DNA of 64,000 nt from Nitrospirota bacterium. GTDB taxonomy: Bacteria; Nitrospirota; Thermodesulfovibrionia; Thermodesulfovibrionales; JdFR-85. The notes under the pieces are model-generated. The model ran no database searches and was not told where the DNA came from. It saw only the letters and a program-made list of their open reading frames with translations. The stretch is taken from positions 15,902-79,901 of the forward strand of contig JAADGG010000067.1 of assembly GCA_013152485.1 (NCBI GenBank), read 5' to 3'. Of this stretch, positions 44,970 through 54,131 are shown in pieces; position 1 is the stretch's first letter, and each line of letters opens with the position of its first letter. The translations under genes and the position numbers were made by a program.

Positions 44970-44988
44970 TATTGTTCCTCCTTGTCGA

Positions 44989-45003
44989 ATGTATTGAATA
45001 CAT
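44989..45003. promoter_or_regulatory. Perfect 7-1-7 palindrome ATGTATT-G-AATACAT between the promoter region and the SD of the AhpD-like gene
   Basis: Seen directly. The geometry is that of Fur-family (PerR/Fur/Zur) boxes, but the sequence does not match a box that I know. Confidence 0.35.
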
Positions 45004-45153
45004 CCCGGCGAGGCCGGGCTCTCCTCCCTCGTGTTTTATGGGACGGCGGCCTTGATATATAAAAATATTCTTATGTTATTATACTAATACCTTGCACTAA
45101 AATAAACCCCGTGTCCCGGACCAGTATCGGATCAGAAATCCCTGACACTGAAA

Positions 45154-45195
45154 CCGGATGCTGTTCGCGGACATTTTGTGATCTAATGAGCGACC
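45154..45195 (+). repeat. Intergenic motif B, copy 2
   Basis: CCGGATGCTGTTCGCGGACATTTTGTGATCTAATGAGCGACC matches the reverse complement of 42341-42382. Confidence 0.85.
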
Positions 45196-45293
45196 TTGAA
45201 AAAAAGGTCATGGTGATATAAAATACCAACCACTTACAAACCTTTTCACGGACTGATGCCTCAGTGCGTGCGGAGAGGACAAGGCAGGGTGAT

Positions 45294-46229
45294 ATGAACA
45301 TATATGTCTCCGGCTCCATGGCGTATGACAGGATTATGGACTTTCCCGGCAGGTTTGCAGACCATATCCTGCCCGACAAGATACACATCCTGAACGTCTG
45401 CTTCACGGTCAACGGCATGGTGGAGAAATTCGGAGGCACTGCCGGCAACGTGGCCTACACGTTGAGACTGCTCGGCGAGAACCCCGTGATAGTGGCGACC
45501 ATCGGCGGTAAAGACTGCGGCAGTTACTTCGATTGGCTGAAGGAGAACGGGATCTCGACCGAGGGTATACGGATAATAAAGGATGAGTTCACTGCAGGCG
45601 CATACATCACTACCGACCAGGCCGACAACCAGATAACGGGGTTCAATCCGGGGGCGATGAAATATCCCTCGGGATACAGCTTCGATGGTGCCGACGGAGG
45701 AGGATCCATCGTACTGATAGCGCCTGGAAACCTTCAGGACATGAAGGAGTACGCACGGGTCTGCAGGGAGAGAGGCATGGATTATATCTGTGATCCCGGC
45801 CAGTCACTTACGGCCTGGCAGGGTGAGGACCTCCGCGAATGGATCAACGGCTCGTCGATTCTGGTCTCGAACGATTACGAGCTCGAGATGATAATGAAGA
45901 TGTCAGGGCTTGACAAGGAGGGGCTTCTGGATCTCACCGGTACCATAATCACGACACTCGGCGAGAAGGGAGCCCTTGTAAGCACGCGCGATGGTGATAT
46001 CGAGGTACCGTCGGCGAGGGTCTCCACGGTTGCAGACCCGACCGGTGCTGGTGATGCATTCAGGGCCGGTCTGATAAAGGGGCTTGTGACGGGCAAGGAG
46101 ATCGAGACCGCCGTCAGGATGGGTGCCGTGGCGGCCGTGTATGCCGTGGAGAAGTACGGTACGCAGGAGCACCGGTATACGTATGAAGACTTTGTTCAGC
46201 GGTATGAAGAAAACTTTGGTCCGCTGTGA
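45294..46229 (+). CDS. PfkB-family carbohydrate/nucleoside kinase
   Basis: It has ..GGTAGNVAY.. and the C-terminal ..DPTGAGDAFRAG.. motif. I prefer the ATG at 45294. Confidence 0.8.
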   Translation: MNIYVSGSMAYDRIMDFPGRFADHILPDKIHILNVCFTVNGMVEKFGGTAGNVAYTLRLLGENPVIVATIGGKDCGSYFDWLKENGISTEGIRIIKDEFTAGAYITTDQADNQITGFNPGAMKYPSGYSFDGADGGGSIVLIAPGNLQDMKEYARVCRERGMDYICDPGQSLTAWQGEDLREWINGSSILVSNDYELEMIMKMSGLDKEGLLDLTGTIITTLGEKGALVSTRDGDIEVPSARVSTVADPTGAGDAFRAGLIKGLVTGKEIETAVRMGAVAAVYAVEKYGTQEHRYTYEDFVQRYEENFGPL

Positions 46230-47572
46230 ACCCCTGCAACATCAATAGCCGCATGCGGTCACCGTTCAGGATCCTGCAACTGCTGCTGGTCGTGTTTCCG
46301 ATGATATTCGCGCCGTTGTCCGGCGCCGACGCCCTGACCCTCGGTGAGGGGCTCGAGATAGTGACCGAGCATGGCAGGGACGTCAGGATATCCAGAGCGG
46401 AAGAGGCTGTGGTGTCCGAGGGGGTGAGTCTGGCGAGGTCGCCGCTGTTGCCGCAGGTGGACCTGTATGCAGACCAGACATGGCTGAGGTACCGTCCTGA
46501 GGCCATCTTCGGCCTTTTCGAACCCGTCCCGATCTCGGAAAAGGACTTCCTCTCCTACGGTTTCAGGGTAAACCAGCTGGTGTACGACGCCGGGGCTTCA
46601 CGTGCGCTGCTGAGGGCATCCCGGTTTGGACTCGAGGAGAAGAGGCTCGACACCATGAGGGTTAGAAACCTGATCGCTCTCAATTTCACGTACGCCTATA
46701 TAGACCTCCTCGAGACAGAACGGCTGCTGACCGTGGCGAGGAACGAGGTGAGGCGGTTTGAGGCTCATCTCAAAGACACCAGGGCGATGTACGATGAGGG
46801 GCTGATTACGAAGAACGACCTCCTCCAGGCCGAGGTGATGCTTTCCGACGCCCGGCAGAGACTCCTCACCACCGAGAACCTGCGCGCGATGAGGGCGTCC
46901 CGCATAAACAGCCTGCTGGTGAGACCGCTTAACGATGAGGTCGTTGCCGAGGAGATCAGCGTAAAGCCATACACGGAGTTGAGCCTCGAGACCGCCTGGG
47001 AGAAGGCCGTCCGCCTGAGACCCGAACTCAAGGCGATCCAGGCGCGCATCAAGGCGAAGAGAGAGGAGATCAAGGCGATCAGGGCGAGGTTTTATCCGGA
47101 CCTCTACATTTCCGGCGGATATGACTATCAGGAGAACCGCTACATGGTCTACGAAGGCAACTGGTCCCTGGTGGCAGGTATAAGGGTGAACCTTTCATCC
47201 GGTGGAGCAACCAGGGCGAGGCTGAGGCAGGCCGCGGCCGAGCTCGAGAGGTTGAGCATTGCAGAGGAGAAGCTTCGTGACACCGTGATGCTCGAGGTGA
47301 AGAAGGCGTATCTTCAGCTCCGCAGTTCCGGCCGTAAGGTGGCCGTGACCGAAGAGGCCGTGGCCCGGGCGAGGGAAAACCTGAGGCTGCAGCGGTTGCG
47401 CTATATCGAAGGCTTGGGAACGGCAACGGACGTCACGGACGCCGTGACACTCATGAGCATGGCGGAGACAAACTACTGGAGCGCCGTCTATAACCGGAAG
47501 AAGGCAGAGGCAGGGCTGCTGCACGCCATGGGAGAAGACATCGTCGCAGCCTACGGAGTCACGATCCGCTGA
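46226..47572 (+). CDS. TolC-family outer-membrane efflux protein (no adjacent pump genes)
   Basis: The 448-aa protein has a signal peptide and the duplicated OMF coiled-coil repeats. An alternative start is at 46253. Confidence 0.8.
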   Translation: MNPCNINSRMRSPFRILQLLLVVFPMIFAPLSGADALTLGEGLEIVTEHGRDVRISRAEEAVVSEGVSLARSPLLPQVDLYADQTWLRYRPEAIFGLFEPVPISEKDFLSYGFRVNQLVYDAGASRALLRASRFGLEEKRLDTMRVRNLIALNFTYAYIDLLETERLLTVARNEVRRFEAHLKDTRAMYDEGLITKNDLLQAEVMLSDARQRLLTTENLRAMRASRINSLLVRPLNDEVVAEEISVKPYTELSLETAWEKAVRLRPELKAIQARIKAKREEIKAIRARFYPDLYISGGYDYQENRYMVYEGNWSLVAGIRVNLSSGGATRARLRQAAAELERLSIAEEKLRDTVMLEVKKAYLQLRSSGRKVAVTEEAVARARENLRLQRLRYIEGLGTATDVTDAVTLMSMAETNYWSAVYNRKKAEAGLLHAMGEDIVAAYGVTIR

Positions 47573-47945
47573 AGAGCTCCCTCACCAGTTCCGCCACCTG
47601 GGGCTCGGGGTCGTTCAGCAGCGGCTTCAGTGCCTCCAGTTCTTCCTCTCCCCCGACGGTTGCAATCAGGTATGCTGCGTCTCCCCTTATGGTGGGGTTG
47701 TCATGGCCGAGCAGGGACATCAGGGGGGCAATGGCGAGCCTTGCCTCGCCGGGGCGTTCCTTTCCCAGTTCCTCAAGCAGCGCTGCAACCCCTATCCTCA
47801 CCCTCACACGTTCGTCTTTCAGCAGCTCTCCGACCATCGAGTATAGCGACGTGTCGTGCTTGAACATGTCTACTATGTTCTCCAGAAACCCCTTCTGCAT
47901 GTAGTCGGCGATCATCTCTCTAAGTTCTTCGTCCAATTTCGGCAA
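47559..47945 (-). CDS. HEAT-repeat protein, 128 aa
   Basis: It has ..DERVRVRIGVAALLEELG.., ..DNPTIRGDAAYLIATVG.. and ..DPEPQVAELVRE.. Its 3' end overlaps the TolC gene by 14 nt (convergent). Confidence 0.6.
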   Translation of the reverse strand: MPKLDEELREMIADYMQKGFLENIVDMFKHDTSLYSMVGELLKDERVRVRIGVAALLEELGKERPGEARLAIAPLMSLLGHDNPTIRGDAAYLIATVGGEEELEALKPLLNDPEPQVAELVRELFSGS

Positions 47946-48104
47946 CCTCCTTTTTTATCCGTCGTCATCGGTGTCCTGTAAACACCCGTGAAATATCAAT
48001 CATATTACTTCGGCAATTAAATACTGTAACCCTTTCATAACGCATGATCAAGCCCGGTATGACAACTGCCGCCCGGATACAGAGCCCCGATTATGGACAG
48101 GTAC

Positions 48105-48196
48105 CGATATGAGAGACTCTTCACTCATTCCCGTGCCGGCGTCCGGCTCGTACCGGCGTCCTGCCATGACTTACACTCTTTATCGGACGGTGTTGA
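48105..48196 (+). repeat. Composite repeat: motif C, a 28-nt insertion, then motif A
   Basis: 48105-48130 and 48159-48196 match the reverse complement of 42407-42469. The segment 48131-48158 (CCGTGCCGGCGTCCGGCTCGTACCGGCG) is unique to this copy. Confidence 0.9.
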
Positions 48197-48206
48197 CCTG
48201 TCGTCT

Positions 48207-49112
48207 CTATTCCAGCATGAACTGCCAGGCATATCTGGCGGAGACCGAGAGAGTCACCAGGGCAAGTATGAACTTTATGGTCCTCTCCGGTACATGCCTC
48301 TGGGTCTTGGCCCCGAAGTACATGCCGAGGAATCCCCCGAGGCCGAACAACAGGCCGAGCGGCCAGTCCGGCGGCGCGGTCAGTCCGTTGTTCAATGGAA
48401 CGAGGGAGTAAACAGCCACGCCTGCGACTGACGTGACGAGCGTTCCCATCAAGGCGGCCCCTGCCACCGTATACACGGGAAGCCTGAAGAAGGTGATGCA
48501 GAATGGCGCGATTATGGCGCCTCCACCTATGCCGTATATGCCGCCGATCAGGCCCACCGTCAGCGACAGCGCAAACATGCCAGGTACGCTGAAGCCGGCC
48601 CTCCTGCCCATGAAGTCATACTCTATCCTGCCGAGACTGTATGATACGTTTGAAATCCTGAATCGCGGCGCATTTGCCCCTCCCTCCTCCTTCGGCTGCC
48701 CTTTCCGCATGACGTCCCGGAGGAGCCGTATCCCTATGTACATGAGGACCATGCTCACGAAGAACTTGAACGTGACCGGATCGGGCAGACAGGTCACCCT
48801 TACGTAATATCCGGCCATCACACCGGGCAACGTGCCAGCCGTGATGCAGCAGGCGAGCGGCCACGACATCCGCCCCTCCTTTACGTACCTGAGTACCCCT
48901 CCGGGCGTTCCCACTACATTGTACAGAAAGTTGGTGGCGCTGACAGACGGGGTGGTAAAGCCGAACACGCTCATCTGCAGTGGCAGTATGAGAAAGGCCC
49001 CGGAGATGCCAGCCATGGAAGTGAAAAAGGATATCAGAAACGCAACAAGGGGCGGTACGAAGACATAGGTCTCGATGCCTGATATGGGAAACACCACTTT
49101 CAATAGGTCCAA
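48207..49112 (-). CDS. TauE/SafE-family anion (sulfite/sulfonate) exporter
   Basis: The 301-aa protein has about 8 TM helices and repeated ..GISGAFLILP.. / ..GIGGGAIIAP.. motifs. Confidence 0.85.
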   Translation of the reverse strand: MDLLKVVFPISGIETYVFVPPLVAFLISFFTSMAGISGAFLILPLQMSVFGFTTPSVSATNFLYNVVGTPGGVLRYVKEGRMSWPLACCITAGTLPGVMAGYYVRVTCLPDPVTFKFFVSMVLMYIGIRLLRDVMRKGQPKEEGGANAPRFRISNVSYSLGRIEYDFMGRRAGFSVPGMFALSLTVGLIGGIYGIGGGAIIAPFCITFFRLPVYTVAGAALMGTLVTSVAGVAVYSLVPLNNGLTAPPDWPLGLLFGLGGFLGMYFGAKTQRHVPERTIKFILALVTLSVSARYAWQFMLE

Positions 49113-49204
49113 GGCAGCTCCTTGCCGGATATTATAGCAGAAAGAGGCCTCCGAAGATGCTGTACCGTCCGACAGACGGTATCAAGGTCCTTCCCCGACG
49201 GTTT

Positions 49205-49245
49205 CTTGCCGGACACAATGTGAATAATCCTACGTGTCCGGCAAG
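49205..49245. promoter_or_regulatory. Perfect 12-bp inverted repeat CTTGCCGGACAC-N17-GTGTCCGGCAAG upstream of the tauE-like gene
   Basis: Seen directly. It lies about 95-130 nt upstream of the start at 49112. The half-site resembles the CCGGACAC cores at 42502-42603. Confidence 0.35.
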
Positions 49246-49414
49246 AGCACGGTAACTATCGATTGGTTGTCTCATAATTGAGCTGACATTGTTTCAGCCC
49301 ACCACGGCCTGAGACAGTTCAGGAAAGCCCTGCGCTCACGATATCCATTCATGCAATAAGCCGATCATGGAGAACGGGACCGCCTTGACTGTTTTGAGGC
49401 GATAAATCGATAAG

Positions 49415-49444
49415 GACTTGCACTGGTTATCGGACAGTATCGGT
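49415..49444 (+). repeat. Intergenic motif A, copy 3 (GGACTTGCACTGGTTATCGGACAGTATCGG)
   Basis: Compared directly. It ends 95 nt upstream of the PAP2 gene. Confidence 0.85.
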
Positions 49445-49539
49445 GAAAAATGTTAAAATGAGGGGGCTTCGTCATCCGTCCAAGTCCGGCCTGGCCGGTC
49501 TGGCGGAAAGACGAGATGAAACGTCATGAATCGGATTGA

Positions 49540-50091
49540 ATGAACCGGAGAATAGTACGGGATATCTTCCTGGGGGTCTTGCTGACGGCCTCGCTGGTGG
49601 CCGCCGTTTGCGTGCCGGAGGCCGAAGGTGGTGCCACTGAACGGGCGGGAGACATTCTCTTCGTGCTTATTCCCGCTGCTGCATACGGAACCGCCTTCTT
49701 TCTCGATGACAACGAGGGTGAAGCGCAGTTCCTCAGGTCTCTTGTTGCAAGCTCGGGGGTCACGCTCGCCTTGAAGCTTGCAGTCAACAAGGAACGTCCC
49801 GACGGCAGTGGAGACGACTCGTTTCCGTCACTGCATACATCGGTGGCGTTTCAGGGGGCCGCCTTTATACAGAAACGCTATGGATGGAGATATGCGATAC
49901 CGGTCTACGCCGGTGCGGTCTTCACGGGCTACAGCAGAGTCCATGCGCGTAAGCATTATGCAGTGGATGTTGCCGCCGGTGCGGCAGTCGGGATTCTGAG
50001 CGGTTACTGCTTGACGACCATGCGCGGGACGCGTGTTGCGCCGGTGGCGGGCAACGGGTTTTACGGCCTCTCCGTCAGCAGGCGATGGTGA
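49540..50091 (+). CDS. PAP2-family phosphatase (membrane/periplasmic)
   Basis: It carries the three PAP2 motifs: K..ERP, PSLH and SRV..RKHY..D. Confidence 0.8.
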   Translation: MNRRIVRDIFLGVLLTASLVAAVCVPEAEGGATERAGDILFVLIPAAAYGTAFFLDDNEGEAQFLRSLVASSGVTLALKLAVNKERPDGSGDDSFPSLHTSVAFQGAAFIQKRYGWRYAIPVYAGAVFTGYSRVHARKHYAVDVAAGAAVGILSGYCLTTMRGTRVAPVAGNGFYGLSVSRRW

Positions 50092-50168
50092 CCGCAGGAC
50101 GCCCGTGCCGCTCACGGGATTCACGGCGAGCGGCACCGACGGCATAAATCTCGTTTCAAAGAGACGGC

Positions 50169-51557
50169 ATGCTTGACAGACTGCTCGACACAATCAGCCT
50201 CCTCGGTCGATGGGGGTACCTGATGATGTTTCTTGCCGCCTTTCTCGAGAGCTCTGCATTCATGGGACTGATCGTTCCGGGTGAGAGCGTGGTCGTTCTT
50301 GCCGGGGTCCTTGCCTCCCAGGGCTATTTCGACGTTTTGGACTGCCTGTGGGTGATATCCCTCGGGGCCGTGCTCGGAGACAGTGTGGGGTACACCCTCG
50401 GCAAGGCCCTCGGCAGAGGGTATTTTGAAAGACACAAAAGGCTTCTGTTCCTCAAGGAGAAGCACATACTCAAGGTCGACGGGTATTTTGCAAGGCACGG
50501 AGGCAAGACGATATTCTTCGGCAGGTTTGTGGGCTTCCTCCGCGCCATGGCTCCGTTCGCAGCCGGCATGGCGCGGATGCCCTACCGGAGGTTCATCGTA
50601 TACAATGTCTCGGGTGGCGTTCTCTGGGCTGTAAGCTTCACGCTTCTCGGGTATTTCTTCGGCCACAGCTGGAGGTTGATAGAGCGGTGGGCCGGTCGTG
50701 CAGGTGCCTTCGCCTTCTTCGTTCTGCTGGTGGCCGCGGGATTCGGTTATCTCTACCGGACCTTGCTGAGAAGACGCGAAGAACTGACCGCGTGGTTCAG
50801 GGAGAGGTACAGGGCTGTTGTATCCGGCCCGCGGATCAGCGGATTCATGCAACGTCATCCCGCACTCGTCTCGTTTGTCAAGGAAAGGCTTTCTCCCGAA
50901 GGGGTTCTCGGGCTGCACCTGACGGCGGGTTTCGTATCGAGTGCCGTCCTCGTATGGAGCCTCGGAGGAATAGCCGACCACATACTCTCGAGTGCGCCGT
51001 TCGTTGCGGTTGACGAGTGGGTGCTGGCCCGCGTGCTCTATTTCAGAGCCCCTGCGGTGACCGGTCTCATGTTTGCCTTCATGGAGCTCGGCGCAACAGC
51101 GGCGATAGTCGTCACCAGCGTTGCAGTCGCCGCACTCGTGCTGTCGAAAGGCAGGACGGAATACCTGATGACGTATGCGCCTGCAGCCGTTGGCGGCGGC
51201 CTTCTCGTCGCAGTGTTGAAGAATGCGGTTCACGTGGCAAGGCCGGCGCCGGCTGTCTCACTTGTACGTGCAGGAGACCTGGGCCTTCCGAGCGGGCACG
51301 CCATGATGTCCGTGGTGCTGTATGGAATGGTCACGTACTTCCTGGTGCGGGATGTGAGGTCCTGGAGACTGCGGGCATTTCTCGTGACAGCTGCAGGGTT
51401 CGTTGTCTTCATGATAGGCCTGAGCGAGATATATCTGCAGGTGCACTACCTGAGCGATGTGCTTGTGGGTTATGCCGGGGGGATGCTCTGGCTGAGTGTC
51501 TGCATAACGGGGTTCGAGGTCTACAGAAGACGGGCTTCGGGCTGGAAGAAGCCGTGA
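50169..51557 (+). CDS. Fusion protein: DedA (SNARE-associated) domain plus PAP2 phosphatase domain
   Basis: The N-terminal ..GLIVPGESVVVLAG..FGRFVGFLRA.. is DedA-like. The C-terminal ..RP...PSGHA...SEIYLQVHYLSD.. is PAP2-like. Confidence 0.8.
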   Translation: MLDRLLDTISLLGRWGYLMMFLAAFLESSAFMGLIVPGESVVVLAGVLASQGYFDVLDCLWVISLGAVLGDSVGYTLGKALGRGYFERHKRLLFLKEKHILKVDGYFARHGGKTIFFGRFVGFLRAMAPFAAGMARMPYRRFIVYNVSGGVLWAVSFTLLGYFFGHSWRLIERWAGRAGAFAFFVLLVAAGFGYLYRTLLRRREELTAWFRERYRAVVSGPRISGFMQRHPALVSFVKERLSPEGVLGLHLTAGFVSSAVLVWSLGGIADHILSSAPFVAVDEWVLARVLYFRAPAVTGLMFAFMELGATAAIVVTSVAVAALVLSKGRTEYLMTYAPAAVGGGLLVAVLKNAVHVARPAPAVSLVRAGDLGLPSGHAMMSVVLYGMVTYFLVRDVRSWRLRAFLVTAAGFVVFMIGLSEIYLQVHYLSDVLVGYAGGMLWLSVCITGFEVYRRRASGWKKP

Positions 51558-51800
51558 GGCCTTGAGGCGTCCGATCGATTCGATGATTGTCCCGGCGAAT
51601 CTCTGATCCGCACGATATACCGTTACTGTTCCGCGCCGCTGACCGGTTGCATGTGTCCCTGCACGTTGCCGGGAGAGGCCGCTCATGCCCCTCCATCTGC
51701 CCGTCGTTCCTCGTCCGGAATCCTTGGGGCAGGGCATGCGTTTGTTTGTCAAAACCATGCCCGATGCCATAAAATATAACCTTTTGCAGGAGCACCGGTC

Positions 51801-52439
51801 ATGAAGTTTGCACTCTTCATAATACTCTCATACACGATGGGCTTTCTCTCAGCCATCCCGTTGGGTGCCGTCCAGGTCGAAGTCGCAAGGAGGGCCGTTA
51901 CCGGGCACCTGCGGGCAGCGCTTATGGTTGCCTTTGGAGCGCTGCTTGTGGACATCTTCTACGGCGCCGTCGCACTGTTCGGCATAACGCCGTTCCTGAG
52001 GGACGAGAGGGTCATGGCCGTGTTCTGGCTTGCAGGCGGGGTGCTGCTGATAGTGCTGGGGGTCTCGGTAGTAAGGCAGGGTCTTCAGTTCCACACGTTC
52101 AACCCCCGTTCAATCAGGCTCAGACACAAGGGGGTTTCTTTTTTCACGGGGGTCTCCCTGGCGCTGACCAACCCGATGATGATCATGTGGTGGCTCGTGG
52201 GAGGGAGGCTCATGGAAGACCTGAGGCTTGTCGTCTTCACGCCGAGGATCAGCCTTTCTTTCCTGGCGGCCGGCGGGCTCGGGATGTTCTCATACCCGGG
52301 ACTGCTTGCGGGGACTCTCTACTGGTTGAAGAGGTTCATCCCTCAGTCCATCATCATGAGGCTGACGCTTGCGTCGGGTCTCCTGTTGCTGCTGCTGTCG
52401 TTCTACTTCATCGTCAGGTCTCTGCTGGTCCTGCTCTGA
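51801..52439 (+). CDS. LysE/RhtB-family amino-acid exporter
   Basis: The 212-aa protein has about 6 TM helices, an N-terminal ..PLGAVQV.. segment and ..TNPMMIMWW.. Confidence 0.7.
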   Translation: MKFALFIILSYTMGFLSAIPLGAVQVEVARRAVTGHLRAALMVAFGALLVDIFYGAVALFGITPFLRDERVMAVFWLAGGVLLIVLGVSVVRQGLQFHTFNPRSIRLRHKGVSFFTGVSLALTNPMMIMWWLVGGRLMEDLRLVVFTPRISLSFLAAGGLGMFSYPGLLAGTLYWLKRFIPQSIIMRLTLASGLLLLLLSFYFIVRSLLVLL

Positions 52440-52450
52440 GTCATGGAGGC

Positions 52451-53308
52451 TCACTCGTCACATCTGCAGCGGCGCCTCTTCGGCGACCACCATAGACATA
52501 CGAAGAAGACGAGGGTCAGAAGGGAGACTATTGTGGCCCCGGACGGCACGTCCCAGATGTAGGAGAGGATCAGGCCGACGAGGGAGCCTCCGGTACCGAT
52601 TGCGGCGGAGACAAGGATCATCGGGGTCAACCTGTGGACGAGCTGATATGCAGCGGCAGCCGGTGTGACGATCAGAGCGAAAACGAGAATCACCCCCACG
52701 GCCTTCAGCGAGACCACAACGGTCATGGCTATGAGCACCAGCAGCATGTAGTAGAGAAAGGTGACCGGCAGACCGCTGGCTTCCGCCATCTCCTGATCGA
52801 AAGTTATGAACTGCAGTTCCTTGTAAAGCAGTCCCACGACCGCAAGGACAAAGACTGAGATTCCGGCGATCAGCCGGAGGTCGGCCCGGGTGACAGAGAG
52901 GATGTCGCCGAACAGGTAGCCGTAAACCCCGGCCTGATACTGCTTCATCAGGCCTATGAAGAGTATCGCGAGCGCCATGGTGAAGGCAAAGAAGATGCCG
53001 ACGGATATGTCGAGCTTCAGTTCCCCCCGGTGTGTGGCCCAGCCTACGAAGAAGACCATCAGGAGGCTGAAGAGCAGTGCAAGGAGCATGGGATTTACCC
53101 CGAGGAGGAATCCGAGCGTTACACCGGCAAAGGATGCGTGGGCGATGCCGGCCCCTATGAATGAAAAGCCCTTCACCACTACGAATACCCCGATCACGGA
53201 ACAGAGTATCCCGATAAGAACGGCCGCCATCAAAGCCCTCTGCATGAATGCAAAGGAGAGGAAGTCCGATATGAGCTGCTGGACAGCGCTATCCATGGTG
53301 AACGTCAC
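52451..53308 (-). CDS. Metal ABC transporter permease (ABC-3: ZnuB/MntB/TroCD type)
   Basis: The 285-aa polytopic protein is in an operon with an ATPase and a cluster-A substrate-binding protein. Confidence 0.85.
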   Translation of the reverse strand: MTFTMDSAVQQLISDFLSFAFMQRALMAAVLIGILCSVIGVFVVVKGFSFIGAGIAHASFAGVTLGFLLGVNPMLLALLFSLLMVFFVGWATHRGELKLDISVGIFFAFTMALAILFIGLMKQYQAGVYGYLFGDILSVTRADLRLIAGISVFVLAVVGLLYKELQFITFDQEMAEASGLPVTFLYYMLLVLIAMTVVVSLKAVGVILVFALIVTPAAAAYQLVHRLTPMILVSAAIGTGGSLVGLILSYIWDVPSGATIVSLLTLVFFVCLWWSPKRRRCRCDE

Positions 53309-54131
53309 CTACGATTACGCATATGCGGCCTTCGGCTTCGGTCACGATCACGTTGGCGTTATAGATGCGCTCGAGCTTCTCGCGTGTCAGCATCTCCCCG
53401 GGAGAACCGATGAACACCCGGCCGTCAGCCATGTACAGTATCCGGTCGACCATGGGATAGATGAGGTTTACATCGTGGGTAACCAGCAGGATGGTCAGGT
53501 TCCTCTCCTCGTGCAGACTCCTCAACAGTGCTACTATCTCCCTCTGGGCCCTTACGTCGACTGCAGCCGTGGGCTCGTCCAGGAGCAGGATGTCCGGGTC
53601 TGCAGAGAGTGCCCGTGCAATGAGAACCCGCTGGCGCTGTCCTCCGGAGAGGTGTGCGATCGGCGTATGCATCTGTTCCGTCAGCCCCACATCGGCTATC
53701 GCCTGGATGGTGCGTCTCCTGTCCGCTTCCTTGGGACGCCTGAAGAGCCCTATCCTGGCGTACCTCCCCATGATGACCATGTCGAACACCGTAGCAGGAT
53801 AGGATATGTCGAGTGTCTCCCTCTGGGGGACGTACCCTATCCGCTTCCTGGCCGACATCACCGGCTGTCCGAATATCGTGATCCGTCCCCTGAGCGGGTT
53901 TATCAGACCGACCAGTGATTTCAGAAGTGTGCTCTTGCCGCAGCCGTTCGGTCCGATTATCCCTATGGCCTCGCCCCTGAATATCTCGAGCTCTATGTCG
54001 CGCAGGACGGGTTTTTCAACGTAGCCCAGGGTCACGTTCTCGAATACGATGCGCTCTGTCCCCTCTTTCTCCCGAGGGGGACGGAGGGTGGGCCTCTCCG
54101 TTTCTCTACCTGACCGTCCGCTGCCTTTCAC
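53289..54131 (-). CDS. Metal ABC transporter ATP-binding protein (ZnuC type)
   Basis: It has Walker A (GPNGCGKST), signature (LSGGQRQR) and Walker B (LLLDEP) motifs. The true start may be downstream of 54131. Confidence 0.9.
   Translation of the reverse strand: MKGSGRSGRETERPTLRPPREKEGTERIVFENVTLGYVEKPVLRDIELEIFRGEAIGIIGPNGCGKSTLLKSLVGLINPLRGRITIFGQPVMSARKRIGYVPQRETLDISYPATVFDMVIMGRYARIGLFRRPKEADRRRTIQAIADVGLTEQMHTPIAHLSGGQRQRVLIARALSADPDILLLDEPTAAVDVRAQREIVALLRSLHEERNLTILLVTHDVNLIYPMVDRILYMADGRVFIGSPGEMLTREKLERIYNANVIVTEAEGRICVIVGDVHHG

Noticed and set aside
48093-48431. Plus-strand ORFs (112 and 100 aa) starting in the motif C/A repeat and running antisense into the tauE-like gene.
   Set aside because: They overlap the conserved C-terminus of a clear TauE-family gene, have no SD, and give a low-complexity translation. 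The short ATG-initiated reading in motif C is not preserved in the 42.4-kb copy, where it stops after 10 codons.
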